Shown: positions 53,846 through 64,000 of the stretch, in pieces
Layout of the letters: the number at the start of each line of letters is the position of its first letter
How positions within the stretch are numbered: position 1 is the first letter of the stretch
DNA from: Phoronis australis
Taxonomy: Eukaryota > Animalia > Phoronida
Assembly: GCA_002633005.1 (NCBI GenBank)
Contig: NMRA01000518.1
Coordinates: 62,001 to 126,000 of the forward strand
DNA length: 64,000 nt
Direction of reading: 5' to 3'
The notes under the pieces: model-generated
Database searches by the model: none
What the model saw: the letters and a program-made list of their open reading frames with translations, nothing else
Told to the model about the DNA's origin: nothing
Program-made: the position numbers and the translations under genes

Positions 53846-54626
53846 GTAAGTAATAGTTAAAATTATTTGAATGTTGCAGTTTTTGTTATTTACTTAAACG
53901 TAGCGTTTTGTATCTGTTCTGTACTGGTACTAGATTCAGTAGTGATACTTAATTTATAAGTAGCATCTCCATTTGTCGTGTCTTGTGTCGCAGAATGTTT
54001 TTCCGTGCCTTGTTTTCCTGATTCAAATTGAAACTAATCTCTGAATCTTGCTAAACACAAAATTCTTTTTGTAAAAGAACAGTGTAGAACTCCTAAATTG
54101 TTACTTTAAACTCTTGCTGAAACAGCCATGTATCGTGTTTGGATGTGTTTTCTAGTTTTGTGCTTACCGTAATGCAAATTTGGGTGCACAAAATCTTGGC
54201 AAGCTTAGATAACAATTTAAGGTTATCTCAAACCTTATTCACATNGAATCGCTTTGGTAACCATAACAACAGCACAGTTGCACCTCCTGCACATATCCTG
54301 CTCCTTAATGGCACTAACCTAACAAGTACCACTGGTAGCAATGGTAAGTCGGACGTTCTTTTGTCTTCCCATTGTCACAAGGTTGCCTTCATTGTGGCTT
54401 GCTTTGCAATCATTTGCTTCATCTCTAGCTTGGCTAATGTTCATTTCGCACTGATTTCTGTTGCACACCTCACTTGCCATTCTCTGCACCTGTATCTGCT
54501 GGTGACAGAACCTGTATATCTGCACTTCACACGGTCGTCACACTTAACCAACACTGGTGAGACCTTAACTCTATCTCTCCATGTAGCTCCAATGCAGCTG
54601 TTCCAATTCTTATCACTATATTACAG

Positions 54627-54797
54627 ATTCCTGTCCTGAGGTGTGCATAGCATTGTATGACCCAGTATGTGCCAGCAATGGCAGGACGTACTCCAATGAG
54701 TGCCAAATGAAAGTAGAGGCATGTAAGACAAAAACCAACCTGAAGGTAGTAGCCAAGGGACAGTGTCCACAGACCACCACTACCGCTGGTCCTCGAG
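54627..54797 (+). CDS. Kazal exon 1, duplicate or allelic copy
   Basis: Same protein and splice sites as 51842-52012. Confidence 0.6.
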
Positions 54798-55039
54798 GTA
54801 ATTTTTCAAGAGTTGTTAGAAATACTTGGTTGTATTCGCTGGGCTGTGTCTTGTGAGTTAGGCAAGATCATGGAAGGTCATGCTGGTGTGACGCATCGTA
54901 TTTCTATATCTTGATAAGTGAACACATGACTGCTAAAATGGCCGCCACAGATAACAATGAGAAACGGCTGTTCAGAATGTTTAGAATTAAGGTCTTAACA
55001 TCAGCAGTGCTCATTCTGCTGAAACCTCACTAATTTCTG

Positions 55040-55260
55040 ACAATAATGATTGTCCGAATAGGGCGGTCCTGGATTACATAGCGATATAACTCTTCCTTGT
55101 CCCATAGATAAGAAAGCGCGTGACCTAGTTTTGGAAATCGTGTCTATCATTGATGTCAGCAAGGCAAAGAATTTCAGATCATGCATCCACGGATATTTGC
55201 CCAGTTCATCAAACTTTTTCATGTCGGAGTTGCATCCCACAGCACAGCAGTAATATTCGT
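55040..55260 (-). mobile_element. Decayed THAP-like transposon ORF fragment
   Basis: YCCAVGCNSD..KYPWMHDLKFF resembles a THAP zinc-finger start. The copy near 52270-52410 is partly deleted. Confidence 0.35.
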
Positions 55261-56105
55261 TGGTTTTGGAAGGACGAATAGAATAATGCACTTGAGAAAA
55301 ACTTGTAAAGAGTTATACAACAACAAATAACTTGTGAAACTCCAGTGGCACGAAAACAAGGCAGCAAACATGTCTGACTGATGTTTATGGCATTGTGGGT
55401 AGATACTACGCTGTGTAATGCGTTAGGGCCCTATTGCCTTTCATGGTCAAAAGCTCCTGACATTGTTATGTATTTTCAAATATTGTCTAATGGCAGCTGT
55501 GTTACACAGGTTATAAATGGTGAAGTATTACTCGGGTACTGCGTGTTGTTTATGAAAAAGTGAGAAAATAAAAAATCACTCGTCTGTCACAATGTGTCTG
55601 AAATTGATGGGATTTTCCCTTCCTCTTGCCCATGTTATCTGGCGCCTAAACCAAACTGTGGTTGACTTTACTATTTACAGATTTTGATGAAACAATAATG
55701 TTGCATGAAATGGAGATGAAGTAAATTTGAAAACTGTAATTGCATTTAATATTAATGTCAAACAAAATTTGATGTTGTTGATACCATTGTTTTACTGTGA
55801 ATGTGTTATTCATTTTTTCTAAATTTTACAAAAGATATATGGTCACATGACCCAGTTAATGGCAGATTGGTATCAAGTCAAAACGAAATTAAGTTCAAAA
55901 GGTTTTTTACATTCATAAAATATATACTTTTACTGTCGGGGTTAAAATCAATACTTTTGCAGATATTATGCGCGGACTTGTCGATAAGGCCCTACACAAC
56001 CTTAACTCGAAAAAATTCTTTTCTGATCTCATCTCTCTCAATTGATTTCAAATAGTGTTACCAACAAAACCAGCTGTAACTCGGCTCATGTTTGCTTTCT
56101 TGCAG

Positions 56106-56282
56106 ATGACTGCCCCCAGGTATGCACCCTGATCTACGCCCCAGTTTGTGCCAGCAATGGTCAGACATATCCCAGTGAGTGTGCGATGAAGAAGACTGCA
56201 TGTGACACGAAAACTGAACTTAGCGTTGTGTCAAAGGGCACATGTCCAGAACTAGACACCACCACTCCACAGATTCCTCAAG
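56106..56282 (+). CDS. Kazal exon 2, duplicate or allelic copy
   Basis: CTLIYAPVCASNG; five amino-acid differences from 53251-53427. Confidence 0.6.
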
Positions 56283-56361
56283 GTAACTTTTGATTTTCAC
56301 ATCCCATTGAACTTTTATAATTGAGAATTGTCCTGAGTGATATTTGCCTGAAGAACGTTTT

Positions 56362-56501
56362 ATCCTGGTTTACACCCCAATGTGTGCCAACAATGGACAG
56401 ACATACCCCAGCGAATGTGCCATGAAGATTGCTGGTTGAAAGATCCACTGAACTGAAGGTTATGTCCAAAGGCAAATGTCCAGAAACTACCACTCCCCAA
56501 G
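56362..56501 (+). pseudogene. Dead Kazal pseudo-exon, duplicate or allelic copy
   Basis: Same stop and donor deletion as 53509-53648. Confidence 0.65.
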
Positions 56502-56656
56502 GCATAATCTAACCTAAAGTTGCCAGCTTGTTTTTGAAACCTGACTATTACAACTGACCCTGTCTTGTCTTATTTGTTTCTTCGATTTCCCATAATGCAC
56601 TGTAAATTTCTGTTGTTGTTTTAATATGTTTAACCACTAGCCTTCATTACTTGCAG

Positions 56657-56698
56657 TTACAACAATAGTGCCAACTAAACCTGGTGTCACGGGACTAG
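56657..56698 (+). CDS. Micro-exon H, duplicate or allelic copy
   Basis: Identical to 53804-53845. Confidence 0.6.
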
Positions 56699-58571
56699 GT
56701 AAGTAATAGTTAAAATTATTCGAATGTTGCAGTTTTTGTTATTTACTTAAACGTAGCGTTTTGTATCTGTTCTGTACTGGTACTAGATTCAGTAGTGATA
56801 CTTAATTAATAAGTAGCATCTCCATTTGTCGTGTCTTGTGTCGCAGAATGTTTTTCCGTGCCTTGTTTTCCTGATTCAAATTGAAACTAATCTCTGAATC
56901 TTGCTAAACACAAAATTCTTTTTGTAAAAGAACAGTGTAGAACTCCTAAATTGTTACTTTAAACTCTTGCTGAAACAGCCATGTATCGTGTTTGGATGTG
57001 TTTTCTAGTTTTGTGCTTACCGTAATGCAAATTTGGGTGCACAAAATCTTGGCAAGCTTAGATAACAATTTAAGGTTATCTCAAACCTTATTCACATAAG
57101 TTGGTCATTTTTGCAATATTTCACATGTGCCTAAAAAATACCTTATCTTCATTCTCGGGGAACTTCAAATACAAAATATAATATACCGTGTAGCGAGAAA
57201 AAGAGATTTAGCAGAACCACCTTGGAATCGCACAACCGCTTGTGTATTTGTTTATTACTTATCCGAGGTCAAAGGTTCATCAAAGGTTACAGGGCTGTCA
57301 CTCTAATCGAATCTCCTGCCAGGTACAGAGCAGCTTCATATGTACCCTCAGTATCCTCAGTCCTTTCATTCACCGAGTTGTCATAATATTGAGTCAACAA
57401 GGTGTACTTATGATAGAATGGAAAAGATCCTGAGGAAGTGGTGCGTCTACTTGCATATGACCGTTGAGAATGATTGCTACGATTCACCTCAAGCCTCTGT
57501 GGTCATGAACATGGCAAGTTGTGAAAAGAGAAATCCTCACCCAAATTCCTTAATCCAATAAATAAATTGACATTTCGCTGTTTCGATGTCATGCTAACGA
57601 CATGCTTTAACCACCGACACGATTTTTGTTATTCATTTCTTACTTGGTGTCGTACTCCCGGAACACATGACGTGTACAGACTGTGTATATCATTGAACTG
57701 CGACTTACTTTTAAGTAGGTCAAACAACAATAACAGTTGATCCCACCTCGTGGGTGGGGACGGTACGCTTTAATGATAATTAAGTTAATTACGCACTGCA
57801 AATTCAGTTGACATTGCTATCGAATGTTGAAATAGCTAACACGGTTATGGCATGTATAGGTTATATTTACCACAAGTTTTCACCGAATAGTTAACTGAAG
57901 ACTTTGAGATTTTCACTCATCCCACTTTCATTGGCTTTTTCTCGGCTTTGGCAAATCAACGTTGTTTGAACTTAGGAACACGAGTTCTCAAAAATGGCTT
58001 GGTGGATTTTGCTGAAACTTTCCAAGCTCAATATTTATTCATCAATCTCAAAAACACTGTTAGGATTTTCGATATAAAGGACTAGTTTTTGCATAATATA
58101 ACAAAGAGATCATGACTTCTATTTTTTACATAAATACCCTATGTTTTGCGAGTTGATTTGCCCTAGAAACCAATTGAAAAAACGAATTGAGAATTCCTAA
58201 CAGAATTTTTGAGGTAACTGGTGAAGTTTTCATTTAAAAAGTTTCATTAAAATCGGCCGATTGGTTATTTTGCTATTAACGTACCTTTCTTAAAAATGAG
58301 ATTTTGACTTAAGAAGGTGTTACATAATAATAATAATGGTACATAAATACAAAACATATTTTTATATTCCCTGATCTTTTTTCTAATTGACAAAGCTTAG
58401 TTTTTTGATATACGAGTTAGAATAGAGGCCACTAATTAAAATAAGGTCGAGATAACCTTAATTGGTGGGAGAGCTCTGTTCCCTTGGGAGGACACATTAG
58501 TATTATAACTATACATTGCTGAATAAATTGACAAAGCCTATAATACTGCATCATCTCACTTATATTTTCAG

Positions 58572-58739
58572 ATATTTGTGCACTACCCAAAGTTGTGGGC
58601 CCATGTCGTGCTACCATCAAGTCTTGGTACTACAACAAAGACAAAGGAGCATGTCTTCCTTTCACTTATGGCGGCTGTGACGGCAATGAAAATAGATTCT
58701 TTTCTATTGAGGCTTGTGAAGCTGCTTGCCCAGTAAATG
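58572..58739 (+). CDS. Kunitz exon K20 (P1 Arg)
   Basis: Hand translation DICALPKVVGPCRATIKSWYYNKDKGACLPFTYGGCDGNENRF; tttcag|AT and AATG|GTATGT. Confidence 0.93.
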
Positions 58740-59371
58740 GTATGTAGTTAGTACCTTCTCACCCTACTCGTTTTAATGCCAACTTGACCTTAAGTGTAAT
58801 AGTTTCACTCAGGAGTTGAGACACTATTTCACAATTTGTCACAATTAGGCACTTAGTACAGTAAGCCGATGCACGCACAGTTTTGAATTGATGATCTTTA
58901 TCTAACATTCCTTCATCACACCTCGACTAGATTGTCTCTGCTCCATTTTAACACTGACGACAATTCCCATCTGTTTCACTTATATGGATATTATATTTTA
59001 GAGCACTTATCTGGTATTTGTGGCAATTAAATAGATTCAACTGGAGGTTAACTGTTGTGTCATGACCCATTTTGACTCAATTTATTAATAACTTAATGTG
59101 TCATTACCAACTCTGGAAAGCTGCAAGAGTTCTTGTAAGGTCCATCTGGCTAACCAAGCATGTTATGAAAAGCTTGTTGAATGTTTAAAAGTTGCAAGCC
59201 CTCATCTGAGGGTCTTGATCGCTCCTGAAATTAAGTGGATTGATCCAGACCCTTAGAATGAGAGTGGATTCATTTAAGCATCCAATACAGTCAGACTTTC
59301 CAACCCTCTAATATTTTGCACACCTTCCTACTAGCTAGGTGATATTTTAGGCCCGATTTAACATATTGTAG

Positions 59372-59554
59372 ACATCTGTACCCTTCCATCTAACAACGGC
59401 CAGAGCTCAGGCTATGAAATCTTCTGGTATTATGATAAGAACATCAGGCGGTGTCGTCGGTTCATCTTCAGAGGCGTTGGTGGCAATGCCAACAGATTTG
59501 GGAGCAGGGAGAGCTGCTTAAGTGTTTGTGGCAGACGCCCGTCTAAGAAGACTG
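59372..59554 (+). CDS. Two-disulfide basic Kunitz exon K21, absent from ORF track
   Basis: DICTLPSNNGQSSGYEIFWYYDKNIRRCRRFIFRGVGGNANRFGSRESCLSVCGRRPSKKT; tgtag|AC and ACTG|GTTAGT. Confidence 0.88.
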
Positions 59555-60689
59555 GTTAGTGCGACGCTGAATGTATTACTGAACTACATCAAACTGCAAA
59601 CTTAGAACAGTCGTGTAGTTTGATGCTCATATGTCCAATTTAAAGTTGCAGTATACCTTATCTTGCTGCCAAAAACAACAACTTGTACAATGACAATTGG
59701 CTTGCCTCAATTTCCAACTGCTGGTTTATGACCCTTCATAATTGTCCCATTATGTTGCACCCTCAACAGAATTAATGAAGCCGAATACTGGGTGCGGACT
59801 AAATTTCTAGTTGGATTTTTAAAATTCAAAAACCTAACCAAGTGTATTTTTCACAAACTATTCAAATACGCTATTTAAAAACTTTCAGAACCAAAATAAG
59901 AAAATAACCCCAGTGTTTGCAACTGTCTTTATGATGGGCAATTTCAGACCCCCATGGAACAATAACATCAGCTAAAGATGGACAGTTTCGTTGAAGATAG
60001 TGGCAGCTTTTAAGTTATTAAGCAAACCAGTCATGTTGCCCAAACTGGACTGGTCAATGCAGTTTTCTTTTCATACCATGACTTTGATCTTAATTTTGCA
60101 CCTTGGCTACGACCGCTCAATGTTTTGAAAAGTAAGGCTTCACAACCAAGTTAGAAGCCTTTGAAAAATGGGAAAGGTGTAATATCATTTGTCCTATTCT
60201 TGTGTCGCAATTATGTTGGTGGCTTTTACCACATTTTTATTCCTTATCAGTCTTTTAGGAGGGTTATTTAACCATCACGTCTGAAACGATGTAGCAAGTT
60301 TCTTGTTATCTAAAAGATGGTGAATGCTTTTGTTGACTACAAAAATTTAATGTTGATGTAGCTATTAATTATATTTTGTACAGTTAAACATTTTGCATGA
60401 CGTCCAGCCTTTCTTAACACTAGATATCACAAGTTACCCTTATTTTTTACTAATCATTTCATATTTCTACCATTCCTCTTAAGCTGAAATTGTAATCCAT
60501 TTATTTATCCGAAAGAATATTTTTTCTTCACCTTGTAACCAGAACCACTTGTTATCAACAGTTTAAAAGTCGAGTTGATTTTCGTCAATTTGTATAATAT
60601 ATTTATACATATAACTAATTTATGTATGATAGCAAGAAATCCCAGGTTCTACTTTCCTGTGTTTAATCGCATATAATTGCTTTACCTAG

Positions 60690-60800
60690 CATCCCCCCTG
60701 CAGCCAACAACTGCTGCACCGAAATCTGTGAACACCAATACACCAACTTCTAAACAGGCTCCAGTGACCTCGACTGACTTACCTGGGAATGAAGTCAAAG
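60690..60800 (+). CDS. Pro/Thr linker exon, 111 nt
   Basis: ASPLQPTTAAPKSVNTNTPTSKQAPVTSTDLPGNEVK; acctag acceptor and AAAG|GTAAGT donor, phase 1-1. Confidence 0.75.
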
Positions 60801-60932
60801 GTAAGTTCTTGATCAAATACTCTGATTAAAAATAAAGAATTTTTTAATATGTAGCAAAATGGTTTTACAACCACACACATACGCCATCCATTACTGTGAA
60901 TTGTCCCTGTGTTGTTAAGTGTTTCCATATTG

Positions 60933-61858
60933 TTAAAATTTTGCCAGTTAGCGCATAAAAGGTTAAAAAATCAAAGAATGTCAAACCTAAATTAACACGG
61001 GAAATCTTGGACTAAGTTAAACACAGGAACCATGATCTGCTCGTGTGCAAGTATATGTCACTTCCTCCATCTGAGTTGATACTATTTGATTGATATTGAC
61101 ATTAAACAATTTGAAAAGCTGAGCAGGCCAGGGTATAATTCATCAGCTCAAAAGCCAATTGTATCATACTATAAAATGCCTGTAGTTTTAAAAATGTCTA
61201 TCAACACCACTTCTCTCTCATAGACCCCTGCTCTAAAGTCTGCACCCTGATTTACGCCCCTGTGTGTGCCAACAATGGAGAGACATACCCCAATGAATGT
61301 GCTATGAAGGTTGCTGGCTGTAAGACGAAAACTGAACTGAAGGTTGTGTCCAAAGGCAAATGTCCAGAAACTACCACTCCCCAAGGTAGGGGTTTGGCAT
61401 AATTTCTACTTGTTCTTTTACTGAACTTTGCCTAACTTTTAGTCATTTCGTACGTAAAATTATTTAATGCATCTCTCACTTGCACCCTATAAACGTTTCA
61501 TCCCTTTCGGCTTAAGTCACTTTGTCTCCACATCTACACTGCAAAGACCTAATGGGTTTAGATGCTTTGCCGTCTGCAGGAAAGATCTGGTGCATGCCCA
61601 TTCACACCCTTCCTGTAAAGAACTTCCTTATATTCGTTCATGAATGCTAGTAAAGTGATGGGTGGTTGGATTGTTGTGGCGCCGTTGTGTTATTATTTTT
61701 AAAATTTTGCCAGTTAGCGCATAAAAGGTTAAAAAATCAAAGAATGTCAAACCTAAATTAACACGGGAAATCTTGGACTAAGTTAAACACAGGAACTGTG
61801 ATCTGCTCGTGTGCAAGTATATGTCACTTCCTCCATCTGAGTCGATACTATTTGATTG
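60933..61858. repeat. Direct repeats of about 160 nt (60933-61092 and 61699-61858) flanking Kazal exon 3
   Basis: aaaattttgccagttagcgcataaaagg..gatactatttgattg occurs twice, near identical. Confidence 0.92.
61224..61385 (+). CDS. Kazal exon 3 (P1 Leu)
   Basis: Hand translation DPCSKVCTLIYAPVCANNGETYPNECAMKVAGCKTKTELKVVSKGKC; catag|AC and CAAG|GTAGGG. Confidence 0.92.
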
Positions 61859-62262
61859 TCCATTCACACTTATGAGGCAATTAGTCGACTGGAAACCACC
61901 TCATCAAGCGGGTTTGGCTTGAGCCAGTTACAGCTTGTCTAGCAGCTTGTACACACGGTCTGTAAACTGACTTGAAGCCCAGGAGCACTTAAGGCTGAAG
62001 TAGAGTTGGTATTGTAAGTGGGTCATAGGTTAAACACATGTTCACATTCTGTCTACTTATTAGGCATGGTTGTGATTCTGACTATTCTTTCAGCCATTTG
62101 GCTCCATTTTGGTAGTGTTTTTGGTATAACTTAAAAGAGGCCAATAGCTGACGACCTCAATTAACCACAGCGGATGTGTCCTTTTCAGCCTTCGACTTCT
62201 GGTAACGAGATGTTGATTTTGTAATTATTTTTTAACAATTTGCTGTCATTATGTTTTTGCAG

Positions 62263-62304
62263 TTCAAACAAAAGTGCCAACTACACCTGGTGTCACGGGA
62301 CTTG
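62263..62304 (+). CDS. Micro-exon I, 42 nt (VQTKVPTTPGVTGL)
   Basis: tttgcag acceptor and TTG|GTAAGT donor; paralog of H. Confidence 0.8.
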
Positions 62305-62546
62305 GTAAGTAATACTTGAGAATCATTGGTTACTGCAGTTATTGAAAGGTAAGTCCTTTGTTGTCTCAACACCTGTAGTGATACTAAAATTTTAATAGTG
62401 AATAGGAACATTAAGCAATGCCATTTATAATGCCCATAATTCTGAACCATTCCCAGTTTGGCTTCTCAAGCAATCCCATTAATAACGCTCATAGTAATGA
62501 ATCATTATGATTCTCGCTTTTCAAACTATCCCATTTCTATTTTCAG

Positions 62547-62714
62547 ATATTTGTGCACTACCCAAAGTTGAAGGCCCATGTGCTGCTCGCATCAACGCTT
62601 GGTACTACAACAAAGACAAGGGGGCGTGTCTTCCTTTCACTTATGGTGGTTGTGATGGCAATGAGAATAATTTTTTTTCTATTGAGGCTTGTGAAGCTGC
62701 TTGCCCAGTAGATG
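62547..62714 (+). CDS. Kunitz exon K22 (P1 Ala)
   Basis: DICALPKVEGPCAARINAWYYNKDKGACLPFTYGGCDGN; tttcag|AT and GATG|GTATGT. Confidence 0.93.
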
Positions 62715-62849
62715 GTATGTAGCCAGCGCCTTATAACCTACTTGTTTTTTAATATGCACTTGTTTTAGTCTAGGGCGTCATTTGAGTTGAGTCACAATTG
62801 TCACGGCTTATTATGTTCCCACTATTTATATGTGGGTACATATTGCCAT

Positions 62850-64000
62850 CATCCATCTGGACGTCTGACATCTGCAGCTGTGTCTTCTAAGCTCCTCACA
62901 GGATCTTGATGAGATTGGGGAGGTGTGTTTCTATCAAGCTGACTACGGATGACGACAAGTTTCAGACTGATCCGACTTAAGCTATGCTCCCTAGTGGCAA
63001 TTTTAGCTTTTAGTGATTGCCTCTGTATCTTTGTAATTCTTGGATAGATTTTCATGAAATTTGGTTTCTATTATGAAGGTGACGATACCTTTACATTTTC
63101 CGACATTTTTGATGATTCTGAGCCACTTAGTAGCTGTTCTTAAAATGTCCTTTTTTGTCATCCGCCTTTTTATCTGCCAAACTGCTCAAAGGATGATTAT
63201 GAAAATTGGCAGGTGTGTTTCTGATGAGGAGGCGGTAGTCGATGTTGATTTTAGGGCGTGTTTGACTACCCTGGTGCTCCATACTGGAGATTTTGTTTCA
63301 TTTTGCGTCCACGGCTGTATCTTCTTTACAGGAACTATGTGAAATTTGGCTGATATGTTTCTATGGAGTTGACAAGAGGTGATGACGAATTTCAGCCCAA
63401 TTCAATGTTTGGTGTGCCCTCTAGTGGCAATTTTTTTTTTACATTTTCCTGTGTGTCTCCAATAATGGTGAATGGATTTTCATGAAACTTGACCAATAGG
63501 TTTCTATTAAGGTAATGATAATGCCTTTCCATTTTTGCACATATTTCACATATTATGCACCTCCTAGTGGGAATTTTTAACAATTTCAAGTCCATCTTTG
63601 GCATCTGTCTATCTGCCAAGCTACTACTTGGAGGATCATTGTGAAAAGTGGCAGATGTGTTTGTGATGAGAAGGCCCCGTCTGACGTTGCTATTCTGACG
63701 GGTTCTACTACTCTAACGCCCCCTAGTGTTTTTTTCCGTCTACCACTCCTTAACCTTTTTTATTTGCGTTTGCCTCTGTATTTTCAGAGTTCATGAATGG
63801 ATTTTTATCAAATTTGGCAAACAGGTTTCTATTATGGAGATGACAATGGTCTTCCATTTTCATATGGATTTGATGTATTTTTGCATGACTTAGTGACTAT
63901 TTTTATTTTTTTGGGTTCCTTTCTTATTCCTGATTAGAAGACGCAGATTTTTAGCTGTATTTGCCTGCTGTGACGCCTCCTGGTGGCAGCTAGTCTTTTT
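62850..64000. repeat. Degenerate internally repetitive interspersed element
   Basis: Recurring gattttcatgaaa.ttg, gtttctatta, ggcag.tgtgtt and cc.tagtggc units. Confidence 0.6.

Larger units (their letters stand above)
54246..57097 (+). repeat. Near-identical copy of 51461-54244, probably an uncollapsed second haplotype
   Basis: Starts exactly at the N join in mid-exon. Ends are near identical, with SNPs and indels in the middle. Confidence 0.8.
1..62714 (+). other. PAPLN: Papilin/lacunin-like extracellular matrix gene, internal part (open at both ends)
   Basis: Order S/T-rich region, GCCPD repeats, then tandem Kunitz domains matches papilin/lacunin/MIG-6. About 41 GT-AG exons join in frame in phase 1. 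TSP1, Ig and PLAC domains are not in the window, so orthology is inferred. Confidence 0.75.

Noticed and set aside
11919-62714. Dscam-like mutually exclusive splicing of Kunitz exons
   Set aside because: Exons are symmetric and compatible in series, separated by linker exons, and I saw no docking or selector sequences.
9083-63619. Many 60-140 aa intronic ORFs in the track
   Set aside because: Mostly non-ATG starts, AT-rich composition and no domain motifs; expected by chance.

Overview
Eukaryotic (animal, probably invertebrate) genomic DNA, AT-rich, with five single-N assembly joins (587, 1973, 2545, 35603, 54245). The whole window is the internal part of one large + strand spliced gene. Its order of parts is a giant Ser/Thr mucin exon, about 15 Cys-rich GCCPD (lagrin-type) repeats, then a long Kunitz array. 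This matches the middle of papilin/lacunin/MIG-6, although the diagnostic TSP1, Ig and PLAC regions are not in the window. By reading GT-AG sites by hand I found about 41 non-redundant exons, all joined in phase 1: the giant mucin exon, 2 lagrin-repeat exons, 22 Kunitz, 3 Kazal (plus a dead copy), 2 FN3, 9 micro-exons of 21-42 nt, and 2 further Ser/Thr linker exons. Main leads: (1) the FN3 pair resembles the netrin-binding FN4-FN5 of DCC/neogenin; (2) a signal-peptide ORF is fused in frame to Kunitz 3, suggesting an internal start; (3) a repeating micro-exon / canonical Kunitz / basic atypical Kunitz module; (4) divergence concentrated in reactive loops; (5) a two-disulfide Kunitz; (6) an internal RRRR furin-type site. 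54246-57097 is probably an uncollapsed allele of 51461-54244. All family assignments come from motif recognition, not database searches.
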